A DNA stretch of 39,963 nucleotides from a virus (taxonomy: Duplodnaviria; Caudoviricetes), in IMG/VR virus record IMGVR_UViG_3300025534_000018, positions 1 through 39,963 of that record. One strand, given 5' to 3'. The notes under the pieces are model-generated. The model was not told the DNA's origin. It did not search any database and saw only the letters and a list, made by a program, of their open reading frames with translations. Of the stretch, positions 1 through 8,419 are shown piece after piece (position 1 is the first letter of the stretch; every line of letters starts with the position of its first letter). Made by a program: the position numbers and the translations under genes.

Positions 1-57
1 TCCTCCAGACCCGCGGGGCGTAGATATTCATCGTCTCGCTCATCCCTTTTCCCTCCC

Positions 58-651
58 TCAAAACAACTCCGACTGCGCTATTGGTTTTTTCAATATCCGG
101 TATCGTGTATCATCTTCACCGCGGATCCAAACTGTCCACAACACTTCCATCGTCGGCGCTCCACCACGTTCTCCGAAAAGAAAATCAGGACGCCAATTTA
201 ACGGAAGTATCCATGCTGGCGGATGTTCTTCAAAGAGTGGCGTTCGCTTCGCAGCATGCCAGTATTGGGATTTCAGCAACATGGCGACGATCGGTGCAAA
301 TTGGATAGCGGTTCGTATAAAGTCCTCCGATAATGCGAACGGTGGATTGGTGATGATGGCGCACAGATCATCAGGCGGAAACATATACGGATCCAAGAAA
401 TTGCGCCCGCCGAAACCATAACCGGTGTGCCGAATGTCCGACGATATAACCTTCATCCTATATAAAGCAATCACCTCGGACATTGCTCCGTCACCGCACG
501 CCGGTTCCCACACTATGTCCCCGCTCTTAAGGACTCCTTGACTGATTAGAAATTTCATAAGGGCATGTGTCACGTCCGGCGGCGTTGGATAATAGTCCAA
601 TTCGCGGCGTTTGTTTCTGTTGCTGTAGTTTGCAAGTACAACTGCATCCAT
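58..651 (-). CDS. Phage SAM-dependent DNA amino-methyltransferase (N6-adenine type)
   Basis: YYPTP, motif I WEPACGDG and catalytic NPPF motifs; no cognate restriction enzyme nearby. Confidence 0.85.
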   Translation of the reverse strand: MDAVVLANYSNRNKRRELDYYPTPPDVTHALMKFLISQGVLKSGDIVWEPACGDGAMSEVIALYRMKVISSDIRHTGYGFGGRNFLDPYMFPPDDLCAIITNPPFALSEDFIRTAIQFAPIVAMLLKSQYWHAAKRTPLFEEHPPAWILPLNWRPDFLFGERGGAPTMEVLWTVWIRGEDDTRYRILKKPIAQSELF

Positions 652-688
652 TCCCAGTCCCCTCCCTCAAAATAGTGTGAGTTGCCTG

Positions 689-778
689 CTAGACTCCGGT
701 ATTCCCCTTTTTCACACTGATAATATGATCGGGATTCACGCACCAATGTTTACCGTTCAACAGTGTCAACCGTATCAT
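689..778 (-). pseudogene. Truncated FlbD-family gene (29 aa)
   Basis: MIRLTLLNGKHWCVNPDHIISVKKGNTGV* matches the N-terminus of the full FlbD-like ORF at 38256-38555 (MIRLTLKNSNEAWYVNPDHIVSIGK); AAGGAG SD. Confidence 0.7.
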
Positions 779-978
779 TTGTTTCCGTCTCCTTTCATAA
801 CATCCACCACGATGCCTTCTTCAGAGTATCTTCCGGGAATATGGTCATCAGGTGTGGCGTTTTTGTGCTGGTTCCTAAAATACAGTTCGCCATTTTCGTC
901 ACGTTCGACTTTGTACTGAACACCATGAAACTCCCAAATGTCTCCGACTTGAATATTCCTACCGTTTCGATCACGCAT
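775..978 (-). CDS. Hypothetical protein, YopX-like C-terminal motif
   Basis: DRNGRNIQVGDIW motif; AAGGAG SD; coupled to neighbours. Confidence 0.6.
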   Translation of the reverse strand: MRDRNGRNIQVGDIWEFHGVQYKVERDENGELYFRNQHKNATPDDHIPGRYSEEGIVVDVMKGDGNK

Positions 979-1291
979 CGTTCCCGTCTCCTTCCCTCAC
1001 CCGTTCCACCTTCTCTGCATTGATCGGTTCGGTTGTGGTGGAGAGGGCTTGCCCAGCAACTGACTGACCAACATAATCAATGATTGAAAGATATTTCTTT
1101 TTTCGCTCGTGAAAAATGTCGTCGTCGTGGTCAATCATGAAGTGTAGTGTTTTCAATTCTTCATACACTTTCTCCAACGCCGACCGCAGCTTAAGCAAGT
1201 CATCATGTAAATCGATGACATCTTGATCGCTGTATTGTCCCGATGTCACAAAACGAAACAACTCTTCTTTGCTCATTTCACTTAATTTCAC
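971..1291 (-). CDS. Hypothetical early protein
   Basis: GGAGG SD, GTG start; C-terminus ALSTTTEPINAEKV..EGDGND shared with 38730-39140. Confidence 0.65.
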   Translation of the reverse strand: MKLSEMSKEELFRFVTSGQYSDQDVIDLHDDLLKLRSALEKVYEELKTLHFMIDHDDDIFHERKKKYLSIIDYVGQSVAGQALSTTTEPINAEKVERVREGDGNDA

Positions 1292-1464
1292 TTCTGCTCA
1301 ACCTCCCTATTCGCTCGTCCCATTACCCGATCATATTCCTGCCCGGGGTCATCAGCCCGTTTCTTTATGCGTTCCAACGCCGTCCGCAGACGGAATTGCT
1401 TCCAGTGCTCGATTCGTTCTTTATGCCACTCCAACATCGCGCTCTTTCTCAGGTATTCACTCAT
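1288..1464 (-). CDS. Small hypothetical protein (58 aa, MSEYLRKSAMLEW...)
   Basis: Read manually; AAGGAG SD; ATGA/GTGA overlaps with both neighbours. Confidence 0.6.
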   Translation of the reverse strand: MSEYLRKSAMLEWHKERIEHWKQFRLRTALERIKKRADDPGQEYDRVMGRANREVEQK

Positions 1465-1625
1465 TGGTGTTCGCTCCTTTTCAAGCGCTCATAATACCGG
1501 AAAGCTTCTTCGATTTGTTTGATGGTGATGCCCTTCGCTTTAAGCGTTCGGATTGCTTGTTTTACTGCGGGATCGTTCATTTTCTTTTCCTGTTCCGAAA
1601 GTGGACGGAAATCAAATTTGCTCAC
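1461..1625 (-). CDS. Small hypothetical protein (54 aa, MSKFDFRPLSEQEKK...)
   Basis: Read manually; AAAGGAG SD, GTG start; fills the gap in the operon. Confidence 0.6.
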   Translation of the reverse strand: MSKFDFRPLSEQEKKMNDPAVKQAIRTLKAKGITIKQIEEAFRYYERLKRSEHQ

Positions 1626-1640
1626 TTGGATTCGCTCCTT

Positions 1641-2273
1641 TCACATCTCACATTTTCCGCCGGGGCAATCGTTTCCGTATACCTGGGATTCGTCTGGTAG
1701 ATTATCCGGTATCCAGCTCAGCGCTTGCCTCAGTTGCGTTAGCGTCGTCGCGTCCAGATCACCGTGTTCTTCGATCACGTCTACCATGGCGGAAACGCGA
1801 TCCAGGCGTTCTTGTAATATGCCGATCTCTTGTTCGAGCAGGCATATTTCGCAGGATCGGGCCAGTTTATCATGTTTGCAGATTGTCATTTCGCTCATCC
1901 TTTCTCGATATCGTTCAAACAACTTCTCTCGATACTCCGCAGCCCATTCACGACCATCTCGTGTATGATCTATCCACCAGTGACATGTTCCTGTGTTTAC
2001 AGATGGACCACATAAACGGGCTACGTCCCAAGGTTCTGTCTTACCCTCTATCTTGTGTCTCCTGAGTAAATGAGCGTTCTGTAAGCCCATCTTCCTTCCG
2101 GTAGGATCATATCTGCCTATCGTCCATCCACAACGCTCACAGACGTTACCAGAGCGCCGTATAACCTCTTTTGAGACAGAGGGAGATATATTCCCCCTCT
2201 GTCTGGCTGTTGGCTTTCTACGTCCGTATGAGGGCTTTGGAACGGCTCTGACGGGTTCGTTGGCGAGGTTCAT
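1641..2273 (-). CDS. HNH-like Zn-finger nuclease fused in frame to a small duplicated domain
   Basis: CERCG...NAHLLRR...LC...CHWWID pattern; last ~58 aa nearly identical to ORF 39566-39760. Confidence 0.6.
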   Translation of the reverse strand: MNLANEPVRAVPKPSYGRRKPTARQRGNISPSVSKEVIRRSGNVCERCGWTIGRYDPTGRKMGLQNAHLLRRHKIEGKTEPWDVARLCGPSVNTGTCHWWIDHTRDGREWAAEYREKLFERYRERMSEMTICKHDKLARSCEICLLEQEIGILQERLDRVSAMVDVIEEHGDLDATTLTQLRQALSWIPDNLPDESQVYGNDCPGGKCEM

Positions 2274-2600
2274 CTATACCGCCTCCTGATACTTGGCAAT
2301 CGTCTGTAACGCGCTTAGTTGGCTCTTTAAGGCTTCCATAGCTTCAATGGCTGCTCTATACTGTCCCTCTGCCAAATCACGCTGATATTTATCGTCAGCC
2401 ACGTTTCCACGTGCCATATCATTGATCAAAGTAGATGGGATGCCTTCTGCTCTCAACTTCACGATCTCTTGCGCAAGGTGAAGGCGATATGTCCGTTCGG
2501 TTACCGCTCTCTTATTCGCCAATTTGTATATCTCGTTCGCAGCTTTCTGGAGTCGTTGTGCGACATCGTATATCTCTTTGTTGAGTTGGACAATTTCCAC
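2274..2600 (-). CDS. Conserved helical hypothetical protein of the recombination module
   Basis: 108-aa coiled-coil-like ORF directly after ssb. Confidence 0.7.
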   Translation of the reverse strand: MEIVQLNKEIYDVAQRLQKAANEIYKLANKRAVTERTYRLHLAQEIVKLRAEGIPSTLINDMARGNVADDKYQRDLAEGQYRAAIEAMEALKSQLSALQTIAKYQEAV

Positions 2601-2616
2601 TTAGGACACGTCCTTT

Positions 2617-3024
2617 CTAGAACGGGAGATCATCATCCGAGAAATCTAATGGCGATGAATATGTTCCACTGTCGTCATCAGGAGTATCACTATTCGGTTC
2701 AGCCCTCACTCGTTCCAGGAACCGCACGTTATCTGCCACGATCTCGGTCACGTATACTCTCCGTCCTTCGTTGTTCTCGTAGCTGCGAGTCTGGATTCGT
2801 CCCTCTACCGCCGTTAGCCGGCCTTTTCGCAAGTAGTTGGCGCAGTTTTCTGCAAGTTGTCGCCATGTGACGATGTTGAGGAAGTCTGTTTCCTTCTCTC
2901 CGTTACCGTTGCTGAACGGGCGTTCTACTGCCAGATTGAACGTGCAGGTAGCTGTTCCATTAGGCGTGTATCTGAGTTCTGGATCGCGCGTAAGTCTACC
3001 GATTAGTACCACTCGGTTAAGCAT
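2617..3024 (-). CDS. ssb: Single-stranded DNA-binding protein
   Basis: [23 protein letters not shown]...[10 protein letters not shown], acidic tail DDDLPF. Confidence 0.97.
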   Translation of the reverse strand: MLNRVVLIGRLTRDPELRYTPNGTATCTFNLAVERPFSNGNGEKETDFLNIVTWRQLAENCANYLRKGRLTAVEGRIQTRSYENNEGRRVYVTEIVADNVRFLERVRAEPNSDTPDDDSGTYSSPLDFSDDDLPF

Positions 3025-3658
3025 GTTTCTTTTCCTCCTTCTCTTTCTTCTTTAAGAGTGCTTTGGCAAGGACTTCCTCCATCTGCTTGAAGTTTAGTCC
3101 CTTCGATTGCATTTCTTTAACCCAATCGTCGAAACCGTCCATACTTCCTTTTCCGGTCTGATATTTCGCTTTCAATGATGCAGGAGGAATGTCCGTTTTC
3201 TGTTCATCTTTAGGTTCACTGGATCCTGTGTTGTACTTTGTCCGATCATTCTTGTAGTAGATGTCAGCTGCGAATCCTAGCGACTTACAAGCCACGCTGA
3301 TTGCGTCTGTATAGGCCATTTTGTAGCACTCGTCACTGGTGTATAATCCATTCCTTTCTTTGGTGACGAAGGAACTTCCACCAACTCCTGGGATTGGTTC
3401 TGACCACTGGTCATTCACCTTGATGTAGAGATTGATCTCTACAAAACAAGCGACATCTTCACCCCCGCCTTTCTCTAGCCACTTGTTCACGATCTCTGTT
3501 TTCCATCCGAAACCGCAAGGCCCGAACATTTCCGTCAGCATCTTTATGCGCCACATCGGGTTGATGTCGGTCATTCCTTTAAGCCTTCCGCCAACGATTT
3601 CTTTTTGAGCGTCTTTAGGAACCGATCTGACTTTCTCGTAGATCTCCATGTTCTGCAC
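3017..3658 (-). CDS. Rad52/Sak-like single-strand annealing recombinase
   Basis: [23 protein letters not shown]...[22 protein letters not shown] signature; adjacent to ssb. Confidence 0.8.
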   Translation of the reverse strand: MQNMEIYEKVRSVPKDAQKEIVGGRLKGMTDINPMWRIKMLTEMFGPCGFGWKTEIVNKWLEKGGGEDVACFVEINLYIKVNDQWSEPIPGVGGSSFVTKERNGLYTSDECYKMAYTDAISVACKSLGFAADIYYKNDRTKYNTGSSEPKDEQKTDIPPASLKAKYQTGKGSMDGFDDWVKEMQSKGLNFKQMEEVLAKALLKKKEKEEKKHA

Positions 3659-3881
3659 GCTCTTCTACCTCCTCATAAGTTATTTTGATCGTTATGATCT
3701 CGTATTCTTCTGGATTATCCGGTGCATATGGGCTTGTCTCAAGGAATATCTTGAGTTCATCCATGTTAAAAAAACGTCTCGCCTGTGATAGTTTTGGTGT
3801 AAGAGGGAAGTTATCTATAGACCAGCTAAGATACCTTCCCGACCAGTGTTTTAGCGCCAAACGCTGCTTAACGTCAGCCAT
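3615..3881 (-). CDS. Hypothetical protein
   Basis: Probable start MADVKQRL after GGTGA SD. Confidence 0.55.
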   Translation of the reverse strand: MADVKQRLALKHWSGRYLSWSIDNFPLTPKLSQARRFFNMDELKIFLETSPYAPDNPEEYEIITIKITYEEVEERAEHGDLRESQIGS

Positions 3882-3927
3882 AGCCGTTTCACCATCTTTG
3901 TGGTAAACTTGATATGAGCAGTTTTCC

Positions 3928-4047
3928 TTAGGACGCTTGGTTGTGCGATAACCAGCGTCTTTTTGCGTCTCTGATGTATGCACGTGTGATTGCTCTCAGC
4001 ATAATCTTGTTGTGTCTCCACTTACGTGCTAGATCGAGATAGGTCAT
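3928..4047 (-). CDS. Small basic hypothetical protein (39 aa, MTYLDLARKWRH...)
   Basis: Read manually; strong AGGAGG SD. Confidence 0.5.
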   Translation of the reverse strand: MTYLDLARKWRHNKIMLRAITRAYIRDAKRRWLSHNQAS

Positions 4048-4196
4048 AGTCCATTCCTCCTTCCTCAATAAATTTTTCTAAGATTTCATCTGCATTAATC
4101 AAATTTGAGTGGTGGCATTCTGTCTTGTACCGGATTCGATAATCTGCTTTGCCTTCTCGAAATCATATTTTTTCGCCATCCTAATTCCTCCCCTCA

Positions 4197-4346
4197 ATTA
4201 TTCCGATACACTTCTTCTGCTTCTTCCTCGGTTCGCATGTCCATTGCTTCCAACATCGCTTCTGCCAGTACCCATATTTCACTTTCTGGAAAACCTTCAT
4301 TTCTTGCCGCTATGATCATGTATCCGATGGCTGCTGCGTTGTTCAT
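4197..4346 (-). CDS. Small hypothetical protein (MNNAAAIGYMII...EEEAEEVYRNN)
   Basis: Read manually; GAGG SD and ATGA overlap with upstream ORF; stop coordinate approximate. Confidence 0.55.
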
Positions 4347-4552
4347 GCAACCTCACCCCTTTCTACTGGAACAATGCCTTCCTCTTTCATCTCCTCTTCC
4401 GTGTACCATGCTGTGTGCCTTACTGGTTTTCCACTGACTATAGAAATCCATGTGTACGTCAATCCGATAAGCATCTCTCCATCATCGAAGTCATAACCGC
4501 TTACGATAGCCGTCTTGTGTCCTACAACCACTTGCGTGCCAATCGGATACAT
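4343..4552 (-). CDS. Hypothetical protein, small beta-rich domain
   Basis: 69-aa ORF in co-oriented operon with SD. Confidence 0.6.
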   Translation of the reverse strand: MYPIGTQVVVGHKTAIVSGYDFDDGEMLIGLTYTWISIVSGKPVRHTAWYTEEEMKEEGIVPVERGEVA

Positions 4553-4674
4553 TTCCTTACCACCTTTCCAATTCGTTTGAGATCACCTGCCATTGCCATA
4601 GCTGCTAATAAGAGAAGGAATGCCATGAAAAACAGTACCCCTATTGCGATGTGAAAGATCAGATGCCCATTCAC
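4522..4674 (-). CDS. Small membrane protein (50 aa)
   Basis: MNGHLIFHIAIGVLFFMAFLLLLAAMAMAG then basic tail; GTGA overlap with upstream stop. Confidence 0.45.
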   Translation of the reverse strand: MNGHLIFHIAIGVLFFMAFLLLLAAMAMAGDLKRIGKVVRKCIRLARKWL

Positions 4675-5075
4675 ACGAAATCACTCACCCTATGACCGAC
4701 TTCTCGCATCTGCTGATAGATCGTTGGATATGGGGATGATCGTTTGTAGTACCGATCAGCCAGCTCTAGATTTTTCTCTGTTAGATATAGATCAAGGTCG
4801 CTCATGTAGTCATCCAGGCAAGCGTGGTATCGTATCTTGTCCACTACCTCGTCTGGCATGATCAGCCTGATCTTTCCCATCACTCGTTCTATGGCCTTGT
4901 CGATGACATCCTCTTCGTCATAGGCGAGGCGTGGCGCAACTCCCCATCCATCTACCCTTCTGAGCGGAAAATCATCGTCAAACCACATTGTGATGATCTC
5001 TTTCCCTACCAGATCAGCGATCTTGTCCACCAGAGCCGGTTGCCATATGTCCGGGGATGTGCGGTTAATCGCCAT
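4671..5075 (-). CDS. Hypothetical protein
   Basis: 134-aa ORF, GGAGG SD. Confidence 0.65.
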   Translation of the reverse strand: MAINRTSPDIWQPALVDKIADLVGKEIITMWFDDDFPLRRVDGWGVAPRLAYDEEDVIDKAIERVMGKIRLIMPDEVVDKIRYHACLDDYMSDLDLYLTEKNLELADRYYKRSSPYPTIYQQMREVGHRVSDFV

Positions 5076-5262
5076 CTCTCACAACCTCCAATCTGCTTAA
5101 TACTTCCGATTCCCTTGCCTTCTGAATCCGATCCAATTTAGCCATAAGCCGTGGGTAATAAGCCTGGTAGAATGGTTTAATGCCCAAATGCTGATGGAAT
5201 CGCAGATCCCGTTCCAACGCTTCCTTGATGATGCGAATATCCATTTCGTCCAGTTCGTTCAA
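5065..5262 (-). CDS. Hypothetical protein
   Basis: AGGAGG SD, coupled start/stop. Confidence 0.6.
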   Translation of the reverse strand: MNELDEMDIRIIKEALERDLRFHQHLGIKPFYQAYYPRLMAKLDRIQKARESEVLSRLEVVRDGD

Positions 5263-5489
5263 TCGTCCGACCTCCTAATGAGTTGATTCCAGATTCCCTT
5301 CTCTTGCAGATACTTCTCTGGATTCATCACCTTCTTTCCATTGATTCGCAGCGTGTAGATCCACTCTGGCAGGATAAGTCCGATCAGACCTTCTAGGTTT
5401 GGGTATTGCAAGGTATGTACTGCCGGAACTTCCCCATCCATTTCGCTGTACACACCGCGTATAATGCCTCGTAATTCAACCATTTTCAT
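5259..5489 (-). CDS. Hypothetical protein
   Basis: AAGGAG SD. Confidence 0.6.
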   Translation of the reverse strand: MKMVELRGIIRGVYSEMDGEVPAVHTLQYPNLEGLIGLILPEWIYTLRINGKKVMNPEKYLQEKGIWNQLIRRSDD

Positions 5490-5542
5490 GCTCCTTCCAG
5501 ATGCTGTATAATTGGCTTGTTGTGCTTGTCCGTCATAGGAAG

Positions 5543-5764
5543 CTATACAGCTTCCCCTTGCTCGATAAGTGATTCAACCAGATTGTAGAGAGCATCCGAC
5601 AACCTTTCTCGGTCGATGCGATCTTGGTCAGGCGTCTTTGTGGCGTAATAGGAGTTGTTGATTCTGACCGTGGCGTTACCGTCTCTGTACTCCTTGATGA
5701 TCCCCATAACATCACCCTGTATAGATGTATGCGCTATGGGAAAGGGGACTACCCTGGTATTCAT
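5543..5764 (-). CDS. Hypothetical protein
   Basis: AAAGGAG SD directly after the antirepressor gene. Confidence 0.6.
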   Translation of the reverse strand: MNTRVVPFPIAHTSIQGDVMGIIKEYRDGNATVRINNSYYATKTPDQDRIDRERLSDALYNLVESLIEQGEAV

Positions 5765-5767
5765 GAT

Positions 5768-6541
5768 TCACGCTCCTTTATGCATTTGTCTGAACTTATT
5801 GATGAAGTACATCTGACCTTTACCAGTCACTTTCGGTGTTCTTGTCATTCGTGGGGTTCCGTCAGAAGATTGGCGAGTGCCGATCTTGACTTCGAATAAT
5901 CCGAGGTTCATGGATTTCTGAGTAGGCATGTTGTACTCGGATCCAGACCTGATCAGATAGCCGTTGTCTCGAAGCCATTTGAACAGCCGGACTTCTCCGA
6001 TATCTATGCCGTTCTGCTTGAGTAGTTTGGCTAGGTCATTGACGTTGATCGTGTCGTCTGATACTTGGAGAGATTCGGCAAACAGTACTTTCGGCTTGTC
6101 TGCTTCGATCTTGGCTTGGAGTCGCTGCTTCTCTTCGTTGGCTTCTTTCAGTTTCGTAGCCAATCCAATGATGAAGTCTGGATCACTGAGTGTTTTTTCG
6201 ATGGTTTCTGGCGTCATATATGCGCCGTGTTTGCGGATAGAGGGGAGAATTTCTTCAAATACATACCGCTCAAACTTTTCTGCGTCTGGAAGTCGGGACT
6301 TAACAATCAACCTATACAGGTTTCCCTCATCGATGAACTTCATTTGCTGTCTTCTTCCAAGCGAATCGATGACCTCGCGAAATGCGACCCCATCCGGACG
6401 ACAGTGTTTCGTTATTGCATCATGAGGATTCGTATACCCAAGGGCAAGTGCCGTTTGTGTTGCTCCGAACATTTCCTTGCCGTCAATGATAGCAACCTCC
6501 ACCTTTCCAAATCGTGGATGGTTGAAGATTTGAAGTTTCAT
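5768..6541 (-). CDS. Phage antirepressor (BRO-N plus KilAC/ANT domains)
   Basis: IFNHPRFG...EGNLYRLIVKSRLPDAEKFERYVFEEILPSIRKHGAY; KPKVLFA...LFKWLR...TPKVTGKGQMYF. Confidence 0.93.
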   Translation of the reverse strand: MKLQIFNHPRFGKVEVAIIDGKEMFGATQTALALGYTNPHDAITKHCRPDGVAFREVIDSLGRRQQMKFIDEGNLYRLIVKSRLPDAEKFERYVFEEILPSIRKHGAYMTPETIEKTLSDPDFIIGLATKLKEANEEKQRLQAKIEADKPKVLFAESLQVSDDTINVNDLAKLLKQNGIDIGEVRLFKWLRDNGYLIRSGSEYNMPTQKSMNLGLFEVKIGTRQSSDGTPRMTRTPKVTGKGQMYFINKFRQMHKGA

Positions 6542-6555
6542 GATTAATCACCCTT

Positions 6556-6780
6556 TCACGCTGATTTTTGGTCATCATGTGTTACATCGTCAGTAAAAAA
6601 AATATCTCTTTCATCCACATCCAGAGCGTCGGCTATACGGAACATCAGTTGACCGCTAATCGTTTTTCTCTCTCCACGCTCAATTGCGTATATTGTTTGT
6701 CTACTAGTTTTTGCACGCTTGGCGAGGGTAGAAATTGGCATACCACGACGTTCACGAATTTCTCTCAACTTGTTCTTCAT
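6556..6780 (-). CDS. Cro-like XRE HTH regulator
   Basis: NKLREIRERRGM...SRQTIYAIERG...IADALDV; divergent from the repressor. Confidence 0.9.
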   Translation of the reverse strand: MKNKLREIRERRGMPISTLAKRAKTSRQTIYAIERGERKTISGQLMFRIADALDVDERDIFFTDDVTHDDQKSA

Positions 6781-6803
6781 GTGTTACACCTCCTTGATAG
6801 AAA

Positions 6804-6881
6804 TGTATCACACGAATTACAAGGCTGTCAAGTATGAATTACAATAATTCTTGTCGTACTTGTTGTAAAGTATGTATGACA
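6804..6881. promoter_or_regulatory. Lysis/lysogeny operator region with leftward sigmaA promoter
   Basis: Three 18-bp TGT-N12-ACA sites (6804-6821, 6826-6843, 6864-6881); minus-strand TTGACA (6831-6826)-18 nt-TACATT with TGn extension overlaps the first two. Confidence 0.75.
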
Positions 6882-6946
6882 GGCGGTAACACTATGTAAT
6901 GCATTACGCTTGGTTGCTATAAATGACAAGGAAAGGCGGTGATACT

Positions 6947-7321
6947 TTGTCTGAGGTAGGAAATCTGATGAGAAGAATCAGGGGAAAGGATTCGCTGAGG
7001 ACAGCCCAGGAAAAAACAGGGATTAGTCATAACTACTTGAGCATTTTAGAGAAGGGCGTTGATCCTCGGACAGGATCACCTATTAAACCATCTCCCGATA
7101 CATTAAAGGCATTCGCAAAAGGGTATCCAGAGGTAACGTATGAGGAATTGATGCGAGTGGCTGGGTACATTGAAAGAGTCGAAGAATCGAATTCACCATA
7201 TATCATCAACGATCAAGCGAGGAACGATGCCATAAAAGAAGTAATTGATGCTTATAACCGCTTGCCGCCACATAAGCAAAAAATCGTTGATGATATGATT
7301 AAAGCATTATCAGAGGAATGA
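6947..7321 (+). CDS. CI/ImmR-like XRE repressor without S24 peptidase domain
   Basis: SLRTAQEKTGISHNYLSILEKGVDPRTG..KPSPDTLK HTH; TTG start after AAGGCGGTGA SD. Confidence 0.88.
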   Translation: MSEVGNLMRRIRGKDSLRTAQEKTGISHNYLSILEKGVDPRTGSPIKPSPDTLKAFAKGYPEVTYEELMRVAGYIERVEESNSPYIINDQARNDAIKEVIDAYNRLPPHKQKIVDDMIKALSEE

Positions 7322-7335
7322 TGCCAAATAAAGTA

Positions 7336-7467
7336 CTAAACAATTTTTTCAAGGGCTTGAATCAGATGATTCAGTTCTTGATCATTCACCCCCTTTAACC
7401 GAGTGATTAAGTGATTGATCTGTTCCCGACTTGCATTTGATAGAAAGACCTCCAATCTGTTTGCCAT
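7336..7467 (-). CDS. Small helical protein (43 aa), candidate SOS-induced antirepressor
   Basis: MANRLEVFLSNASREQINHLITRLKGVNDQELNHLIQALEKIV; AAAGGAG SD; downstream of an SOS-box promoter. Confidence 0.6.
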   Translation of the reverse strand: MANRLEVFLSNASREQINHLITRLKGVNDQELNHLIQALEKIV

Positions 7468-7532
7468 AGGTTCAGCAGCTCCTTTATTTATATACTGAAT
7501 GAAGGAGTTATCAATTTTATACGATGTTCCTT

Positions 7533-7562
7533 TATAATACAGAACACATGTTCGCTTTTCAA
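7533..7562. promoter_or_regulatory. LexA (DinR/Cheo) SOS box within overlapping divergent promoters
   Basis: AGAACACATGTTCG at 7541-7554 vs consensus CGAACRNRYGTTCG; minus TTGAAA-17-TATTAT brackets it; plus TATAAT at 7533-7538. Confidence 0.8.
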
Positions 7563-7595
7563 GGTAAAAAAATATGAATATGACGAGGGTGAGTT

Positions 7596-7835
7596 ATGGT
7601 ATTTCGTCCGACGAAGTGCCTTCTCCCTCAACTCTTGCAGGAGCGACACATCGATCCAGTCGTGTTCTACACGGAAATAGGCTTGTCCAGGCAACATTAC
7701 TACGCCTATGTCACGATGATACGGATCATGTCTGCCAGTACCCCAAAGACTGTTGCAGAGTATTTAGGGGTTCCAATGGATGATGTTTACGAGTGGCAAG
7801 AGGTAGAAGAAGGCACCCAAACAGAGCAGTTTTAG
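7596..7835 (+). CDS. Small XRE-type HTH protein
   Basis: CLLPQLLQER...IGLSRQ...VAEYLGVPMDDVYEW; GAGGGTGA SD. Confidence 0.7.
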   Translation: MVFRPTKCLLPQLLQERHIDPVVFYTEIGLSRQHYYAYVTMIRIMSASTPKTVAEYLGVPMDDVYEWQEVEEGTQTEQF

Positions 7836-8023
7836 GCCGCTCTGGGCGGACGGGTAAAACATTTGTTTTACCGTACCATATTATAAACCACGAATATTTA
7901 TCATCCAAGTATGGCAATCATACCAGATTTCACAAGATTATCAAGTGAAATCGCTTCCATATATGTGAGTAACTTGCTTGGGAAACGATTGAAATATATT
8001 GCAATATCTGAGAGGGTGATTCA

Positions 8024-8404
8024 ATGTCAGGAGTAACGAATAGCCATCAAAACGGATTAATATCTGCTGAAGAATTCAAAGCCATGAAGGAATCAGAAGT
8101 AAATGGGGTATTTGAACGACTGCAAGACGAACAGAAAACGGACTTCGAAAAAGCAAAGGAAGAAAATGATTTCTGGGATATACTATATAGTGATCTAGAA
8201 CGATTCCAAGCTGACACAAACAACAATGATATAATAGAATACGAGGAATACAAGCAATTCATTCAGAATAAGGCTAATCCATCCACTGTTCAGTACCAAC
8301 CTAATAAGTTTGAGTATTCCTATTCTATCGATCTCTCTGTTCTCATCGCCATTGGAATGGTTTGTCTCACTGCAATCATCATCACGATAATCCGAAGGAA
8401 ATAA
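8024..8404 (+). CDS. Acidic protein with C-terminal membrane anchor
   Basis: C-terminal LSVLIAIGMVCLTAIIITIIRRK; GAGGGTGA SD; upstream of integrase. Confidence 0.65.
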   Translation: MSGVTNSHQNGLISAEEFKAMKESEVNGVFERLQDEQKTDFEKAKEENDFWDILYSDLERFQADTNNNDIIEYEEYKQFIQNKANPSTVQYQPNKFEYSYSIDLSVLIAIGMVCLTAIIITIIRRK

Positions 8405-8419
8405 TGGAGCTGATCCAAC

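Noticed and set aside
1-43. Exact circular closure between position 1 and 39963
   Set aside because: The ORF starting at 43 (MSETMNIYAPRVWR) does not join in frame with the open frame at the right end and there is no terminal repeat; some bases are probably missing, so circularity is inferred from gene order only
1631-1820. DGR template/variable repeat pair with 39556-39745
   Set aside because: No reverse transcriptase in the window, and the differences are largely synonymous or conservative rather than adenine-specific
4099-4179. 26-aa ORF MAKKYDFEKAKQIIESG... with a strong SD
   Set aside because: Probably a truncated gene stub; cannot be assigned without a homology search
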